Shown here in pieces: positions 44,417 through 55,085 of a DNA stretch of 64,000 nt; position 1 is the first letter of the stretch, and every line of letters starts with the position of its first letter. Source of the DNA: a virus. The position numbers and the translations under genes were made by a program. The notes beneath the pieces were generated by a model that had not been told where the DNA came from, searched no databases, and worked only from the letters and a program-made list of their open reading frames with translations. The stretch lies in IMG/VR virus record IMGVR_UViG_3300047510_001751, positions 32,001 through 96,000 of that record. The stretch is one strand, 5' to 3'.

Positions 44417-45081
44417 GGTTCAAGAGCAATGTAATACACAAGGGGAAGCGAACTATGTTTCCATTCAGTAATCAACTTACTGGAGATTTTTACATCATAG
44501 TTGCCAGGAACAAGATTAACATGCTCCATTTTCATTGTCAACTCATACTCGCCAGTGTTGTCTCCCAGGATTTCTTGAGCATACACGTTACTGGTTTCGT
44601 TTTCCCGATCACATAGGTTCAGTGATACCGTACCACCAGCAGATGATTTAAACACTAGATCAGGAATGCCGTAAACATTAGCTGCTTTACGGAGTGCTTC
44701 AAGTTCACTACTAGTAATAGAAAACTCGATGTCGGCACCAGGGAAGTTTACCTTACGATCGGGGGCAGTTTTGAGAGTGATCTCAGGATCGGAGAAGTAA
44801 TACTTGGCACTACGACCATCACCTCGAATTGTCAGATACTCAGCATTATTGAATTCAAGAACTGGATTCTGGAACAAAGACAGACCAGCAAGGAATTGAT
44901 TCAAGTCATAGATAGCAAAGGTCTGAGGGAAAACTTCAGAACAATCATATTGAGAAATCAGATTCTCTCCAACATTAATTGTTTTGAGTTGAGATCCTTC
45001 ACGAATTAGAATAGATCCATTGATAGTTGAATAGTTTTTCAGAACTTCTTTAGTTTGATTAGAAAGTGTTACTTTATTCAT
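44413..45081 (-). CDS. gp45: Sliding clamp
   Basis: LKNYSTIN.SI, FAIYDLNQFL, YYIALEP. Confidence 0.95.
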   Translation of the reverse strand: MNKVTLSNQTKEVLKNYSTINGSILIREGSQLKTINVGENLISQYDCSEVFPQTFAIYDLNQFLAGLSLFQNPVLEFNNAEYLTIRGDGRSAKYYFSDPEITLKTAPDRKVNFPGADIEFSITSSELEALRKAANVYGIPDLVFKSSAGGTVSLNLCDRENETSNVYAQEILGDNTGEYELTMKMEHVNLVPGNYDVKISSKLITEWKHSSLPLVYYIALEP

Positions 45082-45386
45082 TTAAACTCCTGGAGACCGT
45101 TTTCAGTGCGAGAATAGTGCCGATCAAAGTGAAGCAGCAGCATGGCATAATGAATAACTTTAAGAAGGTCTCGTTTGTTAAGCCCATCCTTGTCGCCATA
45201 TCGGCTGCCATACTTAAGGATGTTTGCTTGACAAAAGGAGGCAGCAAGACCTTTAGCTGCCATCAAGTCAATCGTTTGTATATCAGCATATCCTTGTTCG
45301 TCACCACAGTAGTGACCGTGATATGTACTCAACACATAATCTTCAATGTCTTTGAGGATTCTCTCCTCGTTGTATTTCCACTGCAT
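45078..45386 (-). CDS. DUF3310-like protein
   Basis: TYHGHY, FCQANILKYGSRYGDKDG, DLLKVIHY. Confidence 0.75.
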   Translation of the reverse strand: MQWKYNEERILKDIEDYVLSTYHGHYCGDEQGYADIQTIDLMAAKGLAASFCQANILKYGSRYGDKDGLNKRDLLKVIHYAMLLLHFDRHYSRTENGLQEFK

Positions 45387-45387
45387 T

Positions 45388-45555
45388 TCATTCCTCCATA
45401 ACATACTGTAGATCTTCATGATAGCATTCTTTAAGTGTTCCGTCAAGTGTCTTCACAAATAGTTTGAATTCATGACCACCCAAAATCTTGACGGAATTGC
45501 CGTCCCGAAGAACGGCAATGTTGCCAATGTAACCGTGAAACTCAGACTTCTTCAT
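45388..45555 (-). CDS. 55-aa hypothetical protein
   Basis: MKKSEFHGYIGN...; realistic start within track ORF. Confidence 0.55.
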   Translation of the reverse strand: MKKSEFHGYIGNIAVLRDGNSVKILGGHEFKLFVKTLDGTLKECYHEDLQYVMEE

Positions 45556-46678
45556 TCTCAGTTTCTTGTTGAATTTGAGAATCCTGTTCGGCACCAACAC
45601 TGGCATCAATTTTGTCATACAGTTCCATGAAACTAGTCTTGGTTTCATCATCAAAGCGATTCACACAAACTTGAATTGCTTTCATACGCTTACCAAAAAT
45701 ACTGTAAGCACGAACGATGTGAGTCAGGCGACGAGTAGAGATTACTTCATCTACACCACCATCCTTAAAAGTTTTACGGATGATATCTGCCCAAGCAGCA
45801 AGCTTCCCACAGAACTCTTCATCAAGACAACCAAGCTTAGCAGAAAGCTTTTCAAGAATCTTCTGCTCAGTCTTGGGAGCAGGATAATCCTGCTCAAAGG
45901 TGAGAGCAAATCGCTCAAGGAATGCTTCGTTCAGAACGTTAGTGCCGATAAAGCGACCATCATCAGAACCCTTTCCCTTTGTGTTGGCAGTGGCAACGAT
46001 AGTGAAACCAGCAGCAGGCTTCACGTAACGACCAGTTTTTTTCAGGAACACACCCTTGCCTTCGAGGATGGATTGGAGACACAAGATCTTGTTGGAAGCA
46101 AGATCAACTTCATCAAGAAGAAGAACAGCTCCACGCTCAAGTGCTTCAATCACAGGACCATTGTGCCACACAGTTTCTCCGTTGATCAGGCGGAAACCAC
46201 CAATCAAATCGTCTTCATCAGTTTCAATAGTGATGTTGACACGAATCAATTCACGCTTCAGCTGAGCACAAGCTTGCTCTACGCCGAAAGTTTTGCCGTT
46301 GCCAGACATACCAGTGATAAAGATAGGGTAAAACAACCCAGAAGAAATAATTTTCTTAACATCACTAAAATTACCAAAGCTGACGAAGTTAGCATCTTTA
46401 TCAGGAATCAGGTTTTCACGGTGAATCACAACATGCTCTACCGCCTGCTCAGCAGGTTCAGCAGCAGGAGCATGATAAGTATTTTCAATATCTTGAGCAG
46501 TCAGGTTCCAACGACCATGACCAGTTTTAAAAGTTTCTAGACGCTTGGCAATAGTGGGATAAGAACTACCAAATTCAGCAGCAGCAGCAATTACAGCGTT
46601 GCTACCAAAGTCTTCCCCAAAATGAGTAGAAATATAAGCGATAAGAGCTTCTTGTTCAATGTTTGCTTTACGAGCCAT
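45542..46678 (-). CDS. cobS: CobS/MoxR-like AAA+ ATPase
   Basis: GMSGNGKT, LLLDEVD, ATANTKGKG, AFLERF. Confidence 0.9.
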   Translation of the reverse strand: MARKANIEQEALIAYISTHFGEDFGSNAVIAAAAEFGSSYPTIAKRLETFKTGHGRWNLTAQDIENTYHAPAAEPAEQAVEHVVIHRENLIPDKDANFVSFGNFSDVKKIISSGLFYPIFITGMSGNGKTFGVEQACAQLKRELIRVNITIETDEDDLIGGFRLINGETVWHNGPVIEALERGAVLLLDEVDLASNKILCLQSILEGKGVFLKKTGRYVKPAAGFTIVATANTKGKGSDDGRFIGTNVLNEAFLERFALTFEQDYPAPKTEQKILEKLSAKLGCLDEEFCGKLAAWADIIRKTFKDGGVDEVISTRRLTHIVRAYSIFGKRMKAIQVCVNRFDDETKTSFMELYDKIDASVGAEQDSQIQQETENEEV

Positions 46679-46761
46679 GATAAGTAATCTCCGTTGTGGA
46701 TGAAGTAATTATAGCAGAGGTGGGGCACTGGGGTGTGCCCCATGGACGGTTTGGGAACTGG

Positions 46762-48993
46762 TTAGGAAACCAGAGTGGTGAAAGAAGACAGAAGCTTTTT
46801 GTTTGTCGTCTTCTTCTTAAGCATAGTACGGAATGCTCGTCCGATGTCAGCTGTAGTGGCCTCCTCCTCAACTGTCATAGCGACAGTGCCAGCAGATAGG
46901 TTGTTAGAAGCTACCACGTAAAGAGCATCATATCCAATACCATTAATTTCACATGAACGCTCTTTCTTCCAAATTTTCATGAGATCGGAAGAATCTTGTC
47001 CGTGCTCATCTTTGTTAAAGTTTTTAGTCAATTGATAAAAACTACCACCACCCATGATTCGAAAACCAATCAAATTAACTTCAGGAAAATTATCTTTAAG
47101 GTTTTCCAAAAGAATGGCAGTCATATCGCTACTCGAATTACCAAAATCAAAGTTACGATAAACGTGACCAATCTTACGATCACGAAGAGCATTAATGCTA
47201 CTCACGTAATTGTGACCAAGATAGTTGTAGTTAGAACCATGACGATTTTTTAGATTGACATTGTAGTTCAGGTTGTTACCTTCGCCATCAGTCAAAATAA
47301 CAACATTAACTTTCTGAAGTTTGTTGTTTGTTTTAAACTGAGGAATGATCTGATGAAGAGCAATGATAGATTCATTAAGCGGAGTGCCACTAAGATCCAT
47401 ACCCGCTGGAATGCTAAAAGAATTATTCATGTGGTAATGAGAATCCTCCCGACAAGCAAGACGCCACAGGTTAAGGATACACTGATCCAGAACTTTGGTA
47501 TTGGCACGAGAGCTGAGGAAGTTCATCAAACGGAATCGGTTATGAACATCAATAATACCATCATCCTGTTTATGGAGTTTTTTAGGAGCGGCGTAGCTAC
47601 TATCAACATAAGCATTAGACCACTCGTAAGTAAATCCATATACTTCAAAAGGAATTTGAACTTTTTTACAGAACCACACAAGGTTCAACAGTTGCTTGAC
47701 AGTATCCAGCAGATAGTCGGACATAGAACCAGACCAATCAAGAATAAAAACCAGACCATGATTCTTTCCATCAGCAACCACAGAAATCTTACGGAAGATA
47801 TCTTCGTTATACTTGTAAGTATGAAGCTTACTGGTGTCAAGAGTTCCAGTACGAGCCGTGGACATACGCTGATAAGCGTCTGCTGACTTCTTCATTTCAA
47901 ACTCTTTAACCAGATAGTTCACTTCTTTCTGAGATTCAGTTTTATATTTACGATAATCAGCATCCACTTTAGTGAAAATACTTTTATCAGGACCATAGGT
48001 AAAAGAGTATTTTCGATCAGATTCTTCAAAGCAATCGTTCATATAGGCCATGAGCATTTTGTAATCAGCAATTACGTGATTCAAATTAAGTTCTGGACGT
48101 TCAACATAATAAGTTTCTTGACCAGAATACCCAGACAGGTTTTGAGCTTTTTCATCAAAAGCTTGTTGAGTTTTAGAAATTTGCTCGTCAGTAGATTCAG
48201 TAGGACCACCGCCTTCATTACTGTCAGCAGTGTTGTCGTTAGGACCACTGCCTTTGCTACCAGAATTGTTATCGTTTTTTTCTTGATTTTCGGATTCGTT
48301 AGAACCACTGCCACCTTGTCCACCTTCGATCTGAGTGCCTTCACCACTAACCTGAACCTGTTGATCAGATTCACCTTGATTAGATTGACTATCGCCAGCT
48401 ACAATCTCGCTGTTAGCAGGAAGATTTGCAGAATCCTGAGCTTCTTGTTTAATGTAACGCTGAAGCTCTTCACAAATGTAAAGAACCTGATCAAAAGTTT
48501 CTGCCTGCTCAATCATTTCAATGAAAGCAGATTCACGCTCATTGAAAGGCATCCGAGCATAAGCACCAACCTTAAAATGAAGATTGATTCGATCAATCAA
48601 AGATAGATCATTAAGATCTTCATCAGCAATGCTGAAGAAATCATCATCGTTCAGTTCTTTATACCCGTTGTAGAAAGTACGAGCAAGACCAGGAAACTTA
48701 CGCTTCATGAGTTTCTCGATACGAGCATCTTCCACAACGTTCACAAAATCTTTAGGAACATCATCGGGAACTTTAGTAGTCCAATCTTCATTTGGAGTAT
48801 AGATAGCATGTCCCACTTCATGACCCACCAGAAGGTCGTAGACGACGCTAGAAGCCCTGTTCCAGATCGGAAGGGTCAGTACACGCCGAAGCACATCAAA
48901 GGACGCTGTAGGGACCCTCTTGTGCTCAATGATGAGGTTTTCGGTAGCCAGCAGTTTGGCAAGAGTGCCTTTGACTTCGTGGTTAACGGACAT
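46762..48993 (-). CDS. Metallopeptidase-like/VWA protein (CobT-like partner of the AAA)
   Basis: GHEVGHA zinc motif, ILDWSGSM MIDAS, GTPL, LTDGE. Confidence 0.85.
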   Translation of the reverse strand: MSVNHEVKGTLAKLLATENLIIEHKRVPTASFDVLRRVLTLPIWNRASSVVYDLLVGHEVGHAIYTPNEDWTTKVPDDVPKDFVNVVEDARIEKLMKRKFPGLARTFYNGYKELNDDDFFSIADEDLNDLSLIDRINLHFKVGAYARMPFNERESAFIEMIEQAETFDQVLYICEELQRYIKQEAQDSANLPANSEIVAGDSQSNQGESDQQVQVSGEGTQIEGGQGGSGSNESENQEKNDNNSGSKGSGPNDNTADSNEGGGPTESTDEQISKTQQAFDEKAQNLSGYSGQETYYVERPELNLNHVIADYKMLMAYMNDCFEESDRKYSFTYGPDKSIFTKVDADYRKYKTESQKEVNYLVKEFEMKKSADAYQRMSTARTGTLDTSKLHTYKYNEDIFRKISVVADGKNHGLVFILDWSGSMSDYLLDTVKQLLNLVWFCKKVQIPFEVYGFTYEWSNAYVDSSYAAPKKLHKQDDGIIDVHNRFRLMNFLSSRANTKVLDQCILNLWRLACREDSHYHMNNSFSIPAGMDLSGTPLNESIIALHQIIPQFKTNNKLQKVNVVILTDGEGNNLNYNVNLKNRHGSNYNYLGHNYVSSINALRDRKIGHVYRNFDFGNSSSDMTAILLENLKDNFPEVNLIGFRIMGGGSFYQLTKNFNKDEHGQDSSDLMKIWKKERSCEINGIGYDALYVVASNNLSAGTVAMTVEEEATTADIGRAFRTMLKKKTTNKKLLSSFTTLVS

Positions 48994-49040
48994 TGGTTTC
49001 GTTTGAACTGACGTTATTGTAGTACAAAAAAAGGAGGGTG

Positions 49041-50780
49041 TTACCCCTCCTGTGCCACTTCATTAACTGTCTCTCGGACAGTGCTAAAGTTTTTAATTTT
49101 TTCACACTTCCAAGTTTTATCAAACTTCTCTTCCATGCCTTCCTTGTGAGAGATTACAAACACGTTCGTGTTCTCATCAAAGTTTTTCAGAATCCATCCT
49201 AGCTCACTAGTGCCTGATTGGTCAAGCGATCCATCAAAGATTTCATCTAGGATCAAGAGGTTAGTATCCACGCTACTCTTAAGCTTAGCAATAGCTCTCC
49301 AAGTAAGCAGAAGAGCGATATCAATACGAGCTTTTTCTCCTTCAGAAAATGATTCATACGAAAATGAGTCCCTATAACGTGATTTAATTGTCTCTTCAAA
49401 ACTCTCGTTCAATGTAAAATTTACATAAAAATCCATGTTCTGAAGATACTCATTAATGAGTTTATTCATTACAGGAAGATAACGTTTGATGATTCTGGTT
49501 TTGATGCCGTTGTCTTTAAGTAGTTGACTAGCAGCCAGAAGACAATCACGTTCTTCCTTAACAGCAATCATTTGATTTTTGGATTCATGTAAAGCTTTTT
49601 CTAAACCCTGAAGTTTAGAATCTTCTTCATTTCGATTGGAGTTGTTGTTCTGTAGATCAGAAATTTCTCGCTGAAGATCTTGAATCTGTGACTGGTATGA
49701 ACTGATTTGAAACTGATGGATTTGAATGTCGTTAAAAAGACTCGTCCACTTTTTACTCAATTCGGTGAAATTAGATTCTCGTTCTTCCTCAAGTTTGATA
49801 GCTAGTTCCATTTCTTCCATACCCTGCTTGAGTTCTTTAATAGAATTCATAATCTCAGCTACTTTAGTATCACGAAGTTCTTCGTGAATATGCTGAGTAC
49901 ATGTGGGGCAAGTAGTGTTCTCTGTAAAGAACTGATGTTCTTTTTTATGAGACGTGAACTTCTGCTGAATTTTACCACGAAGGTTTCCGAGCTTTTTTAG
50001 TTTAGTAGTAGCGTTAGAAAACTCTTCCATTTCTTGCTTGATAGATCCAGATTCTTGATTAAGTTGATCAAGTTTAACGGATACATCTTTCTCAAGTTTA
50101 GTAAAATGAAATACTTTATTGTTCTTTTCTTGAATATCGTTTTGATTTTGAAGATCAAGATTAGCAATAAAGTTCTTCTGCATCGTAACCTTTTCTTGAA
50201 GAAGATCTATCTGATAGTCACGATCTTTAATATCATCATTGGCAAACTTAAGCTTCTCTTTCAAGTTAACATTCATCACCGAAAAAATTTGAATGTCGAG
50301 AATGTCTTCGATAATTTCCCTTCGTGATGCCAGTGGCAATCTCATAAATGGAACAAAAGTAGAAGAACCAAGAACGACAATCTGAGTGAATGATTTGTAG
50401 TTCATCTTAAGAATGTTCTTCTCAAGATAGTTTTGATAATCTGCCGTAGAAGATGATTGATCAAGCAACACACCGTTCTGCCAAACTTCGAAAATGGCTG
50501 GCTTAATCCCACGTACAATTTTGAATTGATTTTTTCCCGACTCAAACTCAATCTCTGTAACAAGATCAGAACCATTGACACTGTTCAGAAGCATCGGCTT
50601 GTTGATCTTTCGGAATGGTTTCCCGAATAGAGAAAACGTTAGAGCATCTAGGATGGTGCTTTTACCAGCTCCATTGGTTCCTACAATCAGATTAGTTTTT
50701 GCTCCATTCAAATTAAATTCTGTAAAGGTGTTACCCGTAGAAAGAAAATTCTTCCATTTCAATTTTTTAAAAACAATCAT
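49041..50780 (-). CDS. gp46: SbcC-like recombination ATPase
   Basis: GTNGAGKS, FSEGEK, LILDE, VISH. Confidence 0.96.
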   Translation of the reverse strand: MIVFKKLKWKNFLSTGNTFTEFNLNGAKTNLIVGTNGAGKSTILDALTFSLFGKPFRKINKPMLLNSVNGSDLVTEIEFESGKNQFKIVRGIKPAIFEVWQNGVLLDQSSSTADYQNYLEKNILKMNYKSFTQIVVLGSSTFVPFMRLPLASRREIIEDILDIQIFSVMNVNLKEKLKFANDDIKDRDYQIDLLQEKVTMQKNFIANLDLQNQNDIQEKNNKVFHFTKLEKDVSVKLDQLNQESGSIKQEMEEFSNATTKLKKLGNLRGKIQQKFTSHKKEHQFFTENTTCPTCTQHIHEELRDTKVAEIMNSIKELKQGMEEMELAIKLEEERESNFTELSKKWTSLFNDIQIHQFQISSYQSQIQDLQREISDLQNNNSNRNEEDSKLQGLEKALHESKNQMIAVKEERDCLLAASQLLKDNGIKTRIIKRYLPVMNKLINEYLQNMDFYVNFTLNESFEETIKSRYRDSFSYESFSEGEKARIDIALLLTWRAIAKLKSSVDTNLLILDEIFDGSLDQSGTSELGWILKNFDENTNVFVISHKEGMEEKFDKTWKCEKIKNFSTVRETVNEVAQEG

Positions 50781-51046
50781 ACTAACTCAGTAGGAGGAAC
50801 AATAAAATCATCTTCGGTGATTATAGCATATTTTTGATCTCGCTCACGGCAAGCATTTACAATTACGTCTTCTGGAATTTCTACAACTTGTAATTTATAT
50901 TTTTCTGTTTGTATTTCAAGTTGCTCTTGATATCGTTCAGCGTCATCTTCACACTCAAAAATAGGAATAATTTGTTCTCCGTTAGTGTCGTCAATAACAG
51001 AAAATACTCCCTCTGGTTTATTTTTAAGTGTGAGAATAAACATCAT
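50777..51046 (-). CDS. DUF3110-like protein
   Basis: IFECEDDAERY..QL. Confidence 0.65.
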   Translation of the reverse strand: MMFILTLKNKPEGVFSVIDDTNGEQIIPIFECEDDAERYQEQLEIQTEKYKLQVVEIPEDVIVNACRERDQKYAIITEDDFIVPPTELV

Positions 51047-52092
51047 ACTACTTCACAGCTTTCAATATATAGTGACTTCATAATATTTTTAAGTTGATTT
51101 TTATTCACAGAAATTTCTACATCATCAATATATTCATTGAGAAGAGAAAGCGTATCCTTGGCTTCGAGATCAGCATCAACGTGTTTGACCGAATCCTTTT
51201 CGACTAATGTTTCAACTACTTTTAAATCATGAACACCAACATCAAATAATGCTTCAATTGTTTTTTCAAATCTAAAATAATCAGTTTTGTTTTCTACGAT
51301 AACTTTAACAAAAGTGTTTGAATACTCACTGGGATTGATGCTGAAATTAGGATCAGCATCATCATAATAAATTTTTTGGAAAATTTCGTATGGGTTCTTG
51401 ACGAAAGATAACTTGTTGGATGTCGGTTCATACAGGTGAAAGCCTCGTGGATCTTTGTAATCATTCCAGAACATCTGGTATGGATTGCCAAGATAAGTGA
51501 CATTACCCTTTCTTGACTTATGGTGAAAGTGTCCAGAAAACACTTGCTTAAATTTGATAAACACATCTGGGTCCATACCACCTTCGTGAACAAGACCAGG
51601 AGAAACTTCAAACCCGTTTAGTTCAAGATGCCCCATTACAACTTTAGCAGTTGTTTGCTTTAGATGTTGATGAACTTCAGCTTCATTCTCAGAATTGATC
51701 CAAGGGAGCATACAGATAGGAACACCTTCAATAACTGTGGTGGTGGGCTTTGAGTAGACGATGATGTTGTCATAGTCAGAAAGAAGTAGATCTGGAGAAT
51801 TTATATCATTTGTGTTCTTATAATAAACATCATGATTTCCCGTAATCATATGAAGGGTGATACCAAGGTCACGGATACGATCAAAATAATAGCGGCGAAT
51901 ACGATTCCAAACATTAAAATCAATGCCCTTACGATTATCAAACGTATCTCCGAGATCGATAATGGTAGATATTCCCTGTTGTTGAAGAGTCGGAAAAAAT
52001 ACTTCATTATAAAATTCCAAAAAGTATTCCCAAAAAATCACACTACCTTTACGACCGTCGAGATGCTGGTCAGTAATAAGAGCTACTGTCAT
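51043..52092 (-). CDS. gp47: SbcD-like recombination nuclease
   Basis: ITDQH, LGDTFD, GNHD, GHLE, SGHFH. Confidence 0.96.
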   Translation of the reverse strand: MTVALITDQHLDGRKGSVIFWEYFLEFYNEVFFPTLQQQGISTIIDLGDTFDNRKGIDFNVWNRIRRYYFDRIRDLGITLHMITGNHDVYYKNTNDINSPDLLLSDYDNIIVYSKPTTTVIEGVPICMLPWINSENEAEVHQHLKQTTAKVVMGHLELNGFEVSPGLVHEGGMDPDVFIKFKQVFSGHFHHKSRKGNVTYLGNPYQMFWNDYKDPRGFHLYEPTSNKLSFVKNPYEIFQKIYYDDADPNFSINPSEYSNTFVKVIVENKTDYFRFEKTIEALFDVGVHDLKVVETLVEKDSVKHVDADLEAKDTLSLLNEYIDDVEISVNKNQLKNIMKSLYIESCEVV

Positions 52093-52580
52093 CGTTTGTT
52101 TTTAATCTCAAGGTTTTCTTTAATCCCAGACATATCAGAATAATTTTGATTAAGTCCTGCCATATCTCCTTCAAAACTTTCTGTATACATTACATGCTCG
52201 TATCCACTACGCTCAAGTATCTTTGTTTTAATTTCAAGTTGTTTTTTCTCTTTAGCAATTCTACGAAGAAAGGCAAAGTAAATTACCTGAGTAAAATAGG
52301 CAAAAGGATTACTTGATTTTTCTGGATCAAAGTTATGAATGTATTGTAAACAGTTTTCTATGCCATCCGAGATCATTTCATCACGGAACATATAGTTTAC
52401 AAAGTTAGGTTTGTATGACAAGTGTGTGGCAATCTTCAGAAAACAGTCACCAATGTAGTTAGGAACACGAGGCTTCGGCAGACCTTTCTCTTTAGCATCA
52501 AGAACTTTTTTTCTGTAAACGCTTATTGCCTCTAAGAAATCCTTGTTATTGACGTAGTTCTCTGTTTTCTTTTTTGCCAT
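52089..52580 (-). CDS. gp55: Late sigma factor
   Basis: YVNNKDFL, NFVNYMFRDEMISDGIENC, NPFAYFTQ. Confidence 0.97.
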   Translation of the reverse strand: MAKKKTENYVNNKDFLEAISVYRKKVLDAKEKGLPKPRVPNYIGDCFLKIATHLSYKPNFVNYMFRDEMISDGIENCLQYIHNFDPEKSSNPFAYFTQVIYFAFLRRIAKEKKQLEIKTKILERSGYEHVMYTESFEGDMAGLNQNYSDMSGIKENLEIKNKR

Positions 52581-52726
52581 GATACATGTCTCTATCCAAA
52601 TTGTTATGGTATCAGTATAGACCATATTGGGTTGTTTGTCAAGGGGGTTGACAAAACCTCAGAAACCCAGTAGAATCACTCTGTTAGGGGTTCAGATAAA
52701 TAATATCTTTAAATACTTTAAATTAC

Positions 52727-53149
52727 TTAGGACTTCTTATAGATCTCTTCAAGAAACCTTTTAGTTTCCTTTACAGATCCTAAGTAACCCATTTGTTTAC
52801 TGAATTTATTTGGTTTAACATTTATAGAATTATTTGATTCAGATAATAATTCTTTATTAGAATCATCGTTAAGATTGTTTAGGTAAAATGATTCAATTCT
52901 TTTATCTAACTCTGTCATAGTGATCACTTGTTCCATTTTAATCACAAACAAAGAATCATAAGTTGAATGTATCCAATCTTTTAGAATAAATCCTTCAACA
53001 GGTTTACCATTCTTTTTTTGTGATAGTTTCTCTACCAATAAAGGATTCTCTACTAATAAAGAATTCTCATCTGGTAAATAACATACTTTAGCTATAATTT
53101 CTTCACCAGATGATAACTTTATGGTAGAGAAGAATTCTTCTTCCATCAT
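52727..53149 (-). CDS. Hypothetical protein (Sm-like)
   Basis: IKLSSGEEIIA, VENPL, DWI. Confidence 0.7.
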   Translation of the reverse strand: MMEEEFFSTIKLSSGEEIIAKVCYLPDENSLLVENPLLVEKLSQKKNGKPVEGFILKDWIHSTYDSLFVIKMEQVITMTELDKRIESFYLNNLNDDSNKELLSESNNSINVKPNKFSKQMGYLGSVKETKRFLEEIYKKS

Positions 53150-54609
53150 TTTAGGTTTACCTTGATAACTTCATATTTAAAATTTTCTTCTTGATAAATT
53201 TTAATTCTTTCTTGAAGGTGTCTTAAAGTATAATTTTGTCTTGTTTTAGTAGAGATATCATCAGCGATATCATAGAGTGTAGCTATTTCTTTGCCTTCTC
53301 CTTTTCTAAGAACTCTACCAATTGATTGTAGATTTCTAATACGAGATTTAGACGGAGAAGCAAATATAATGTTATGAAGACGTTTAATGTTAATACCAGT
53401 GCTAAACGTTCCATAGGAAGCAATAATAACGGCATTATCTTCTTTTTCGGCAATACTTCTTACTGCTTCTCGATCTTCAGTGTCGATAGAACCATGAACA
53501 AAAAATACTTTACGATTTTCACCAACTGTATTATTTATGAGTTCGTATAAAGGTTCACCATGCTTTTCCACATAGTTAAACAAAACTAATGTGTTGCCAT
53601 CAATGTCGTTTACGAGATTTTTAATAAGATTATTTCTTTTTTTATTAGTAACAATGTAATCCATCTCTTCATGATAGTCCTCAAAATATTGATACTCATG
53701 CTTACACAAAAGAATTTTAATACGAAGATTAGATAGATGTCCTTTTTTAATTAGATCATCTGTCTTAGTTACTCTTTCACAATGACCAAACAATCCTTCT
53801 AGAACCCACTTGTGAGTTTTGGTTCCGTCAAGTGTACCAGTAAATCCAAATCTGTACTTAGCATTATGAAGCTTTTCCATAATACCAGTAAGTGATTTAG
53901 ATTTAAACAGGTGTGCTTCGTCACCGATTACACAATCAATGTCATCAAAATATCTTTTAGGGAATTTGTAAATGGATTGCCATGTAGAAATGATAATAGG
54001 TTTGTCAGAATTCTTTTCTTGTCCCGAATAAATTTTGTGAATATGTTCATCGGCATTCCATCCATAATCAATGAAGTCCTTGACCATCTGTTCTACGAGA
54101 GAAGTAGTAGGAACGATGATTAAGATTTTCTTATCTGTGGCGTGATAATATCTCACCAAAGAATAGATCATCAAAGATTTACCTGATCCAGTAGGAGACA
54201 AGAATAAGCCACGATTATATTTGAGAGCAAGATAGACAGTGTAATACTGATAATCTCTGGCTTGAATGTTAGAAATTTTATCAACAAAAGTTTTTACTCC
54301 AGCAGGAGAAACCATCTCGTTGGTATCTGTTACTTCACCATACCAATCGTTCTTAACTGATTCTATAGAGTATCCTCTTTCCTTAGCCCACAGAAGAAAC
54401 TGCTGGTACAAACCAACATACATTTCCCCTGTGCCAGGAGAGTATAGACGAATAGTTCCATCCCAGTATCTAAATTTGGGATTTCTTTTTAGAAATTTTG
54501 CTTCTGGAACTTCAAAGGTAAAGTAGTCAGATAATTCTTGATGTACGTAAGGCTCTGCTTGAATTTGATAAAATACTTCGTTCTTTTTCTTAACAATAAT
54601 TCTTGTCAT
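53146..54609 (-). CDS. uvsW: SF2 helicase UvsW
   Basis: SPTGSGKS, GDEAH, TGT, QSIGRVLR. Confidence 0.97.
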   Translation of the reverse strand: MTRIIVKKKNEVFYQIQAEPYVHQELSDYFTFEVPEAKFLKRNPKFRYWDGTIRLYSPGTGEMYVGLYQQFLLWAKERGYSIESVKNDWYGEVTDTNEMVSPAGVKTFVDKISNIQARDYQYYTVYLALKYNRGLFLSPTGSGKSLMIYSLVRYYHATDKKILIIVPTTSLVEQMVKDFIDYGWNADEHIHKIYSGQEKNSDKPIIISTWQSIYKFPKRYFDDIDCVIGDEAHLFKSKSLTGIMEKLHNAKYRFGFTGTLDGTKTHKWVLEGLFGHCERVTKTDDLIKKGHLSNLRIKILLCKHEYQYFEDYHEEMDYIVTNKKRNNLIKNLVNDIDGNTLVLFNYVEKHGEPLYELINNTVGENRKVFFVHGSIDTEDREAVRSIAEKEDNAVIIASYGTFSTGINIKRLHNIIFASPSKSRIRNLQSIGRVLRKGEGKEIATLYDIADDISTKTRQNYTLRHLQERIKIYQEENFKYEVIKVNLK

Positions 54610-55085
54610 TAAGTAGTACCATTAATAAACTTTTCCCAGTCAATAGCCGATTTGATTTGAAATCCACGATTGGAAATCATTTTCATTACACTGTCCAGGA
54701 AATAAAGAGCCTGTTCAACGTATTTAATTTTTGCTTCTATGTTGATGATGTCCTCATCTGATTCCAGATAAGTCTTCATCTTCTCTGCTGTTTTAATACT
54801 TGAGCCGAAAGGTTTCTCGGCATACACTTTGGCGTCTGCTTCGCCAGAATAATATTCTCTTTTTTCTCTTACTACACGCCTAAGTTCAAACTCTAAAGAC
54901 GTTTTAACTTGGCTAAGATCTGTGTAGTAGTTTAAGTATTTATTGTGTTGAAAAGGGATCTCTAATGCTAACTTACCGAGATCTTCTGTATACTGTTTGT
55001 TTTTAAATTGGAAGTCAACTAAACTGTCTTCATTCCATTCTTCTTTAATACGATCAAATAATTTAACGATGTTCTCAAATTTCAT
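54609..55085 (-). CDS. uvsY: Recombination mediator UvsY
   Basis: RGFQIKSAIDWEKF C-terminus. Confidence 0.92.
   Translation of the reverse strand: MKFENIVKLFDRIKEEWNEDSLVDFQFKNKQYTEDLGKLALEIPFQHNKYLNYYTDLSQVKTSLEFELRRVVREKREYYSGEADAKVYAEKPFGSSIKTAEKMKTYLESDEDIINIEAKIKYVEQALYFLDSVMKMISNRGFQIKSAIDWEKFINGTT

Noticed and set aside
45566-46540. 324-aa plus-strand ORF (and similar antisense ORFs over gp32, porin, nrdA, gp43 and the VWA gene)
   Set aside because: Antisense mirrors of strongly biased genes; no RBS or motifs.
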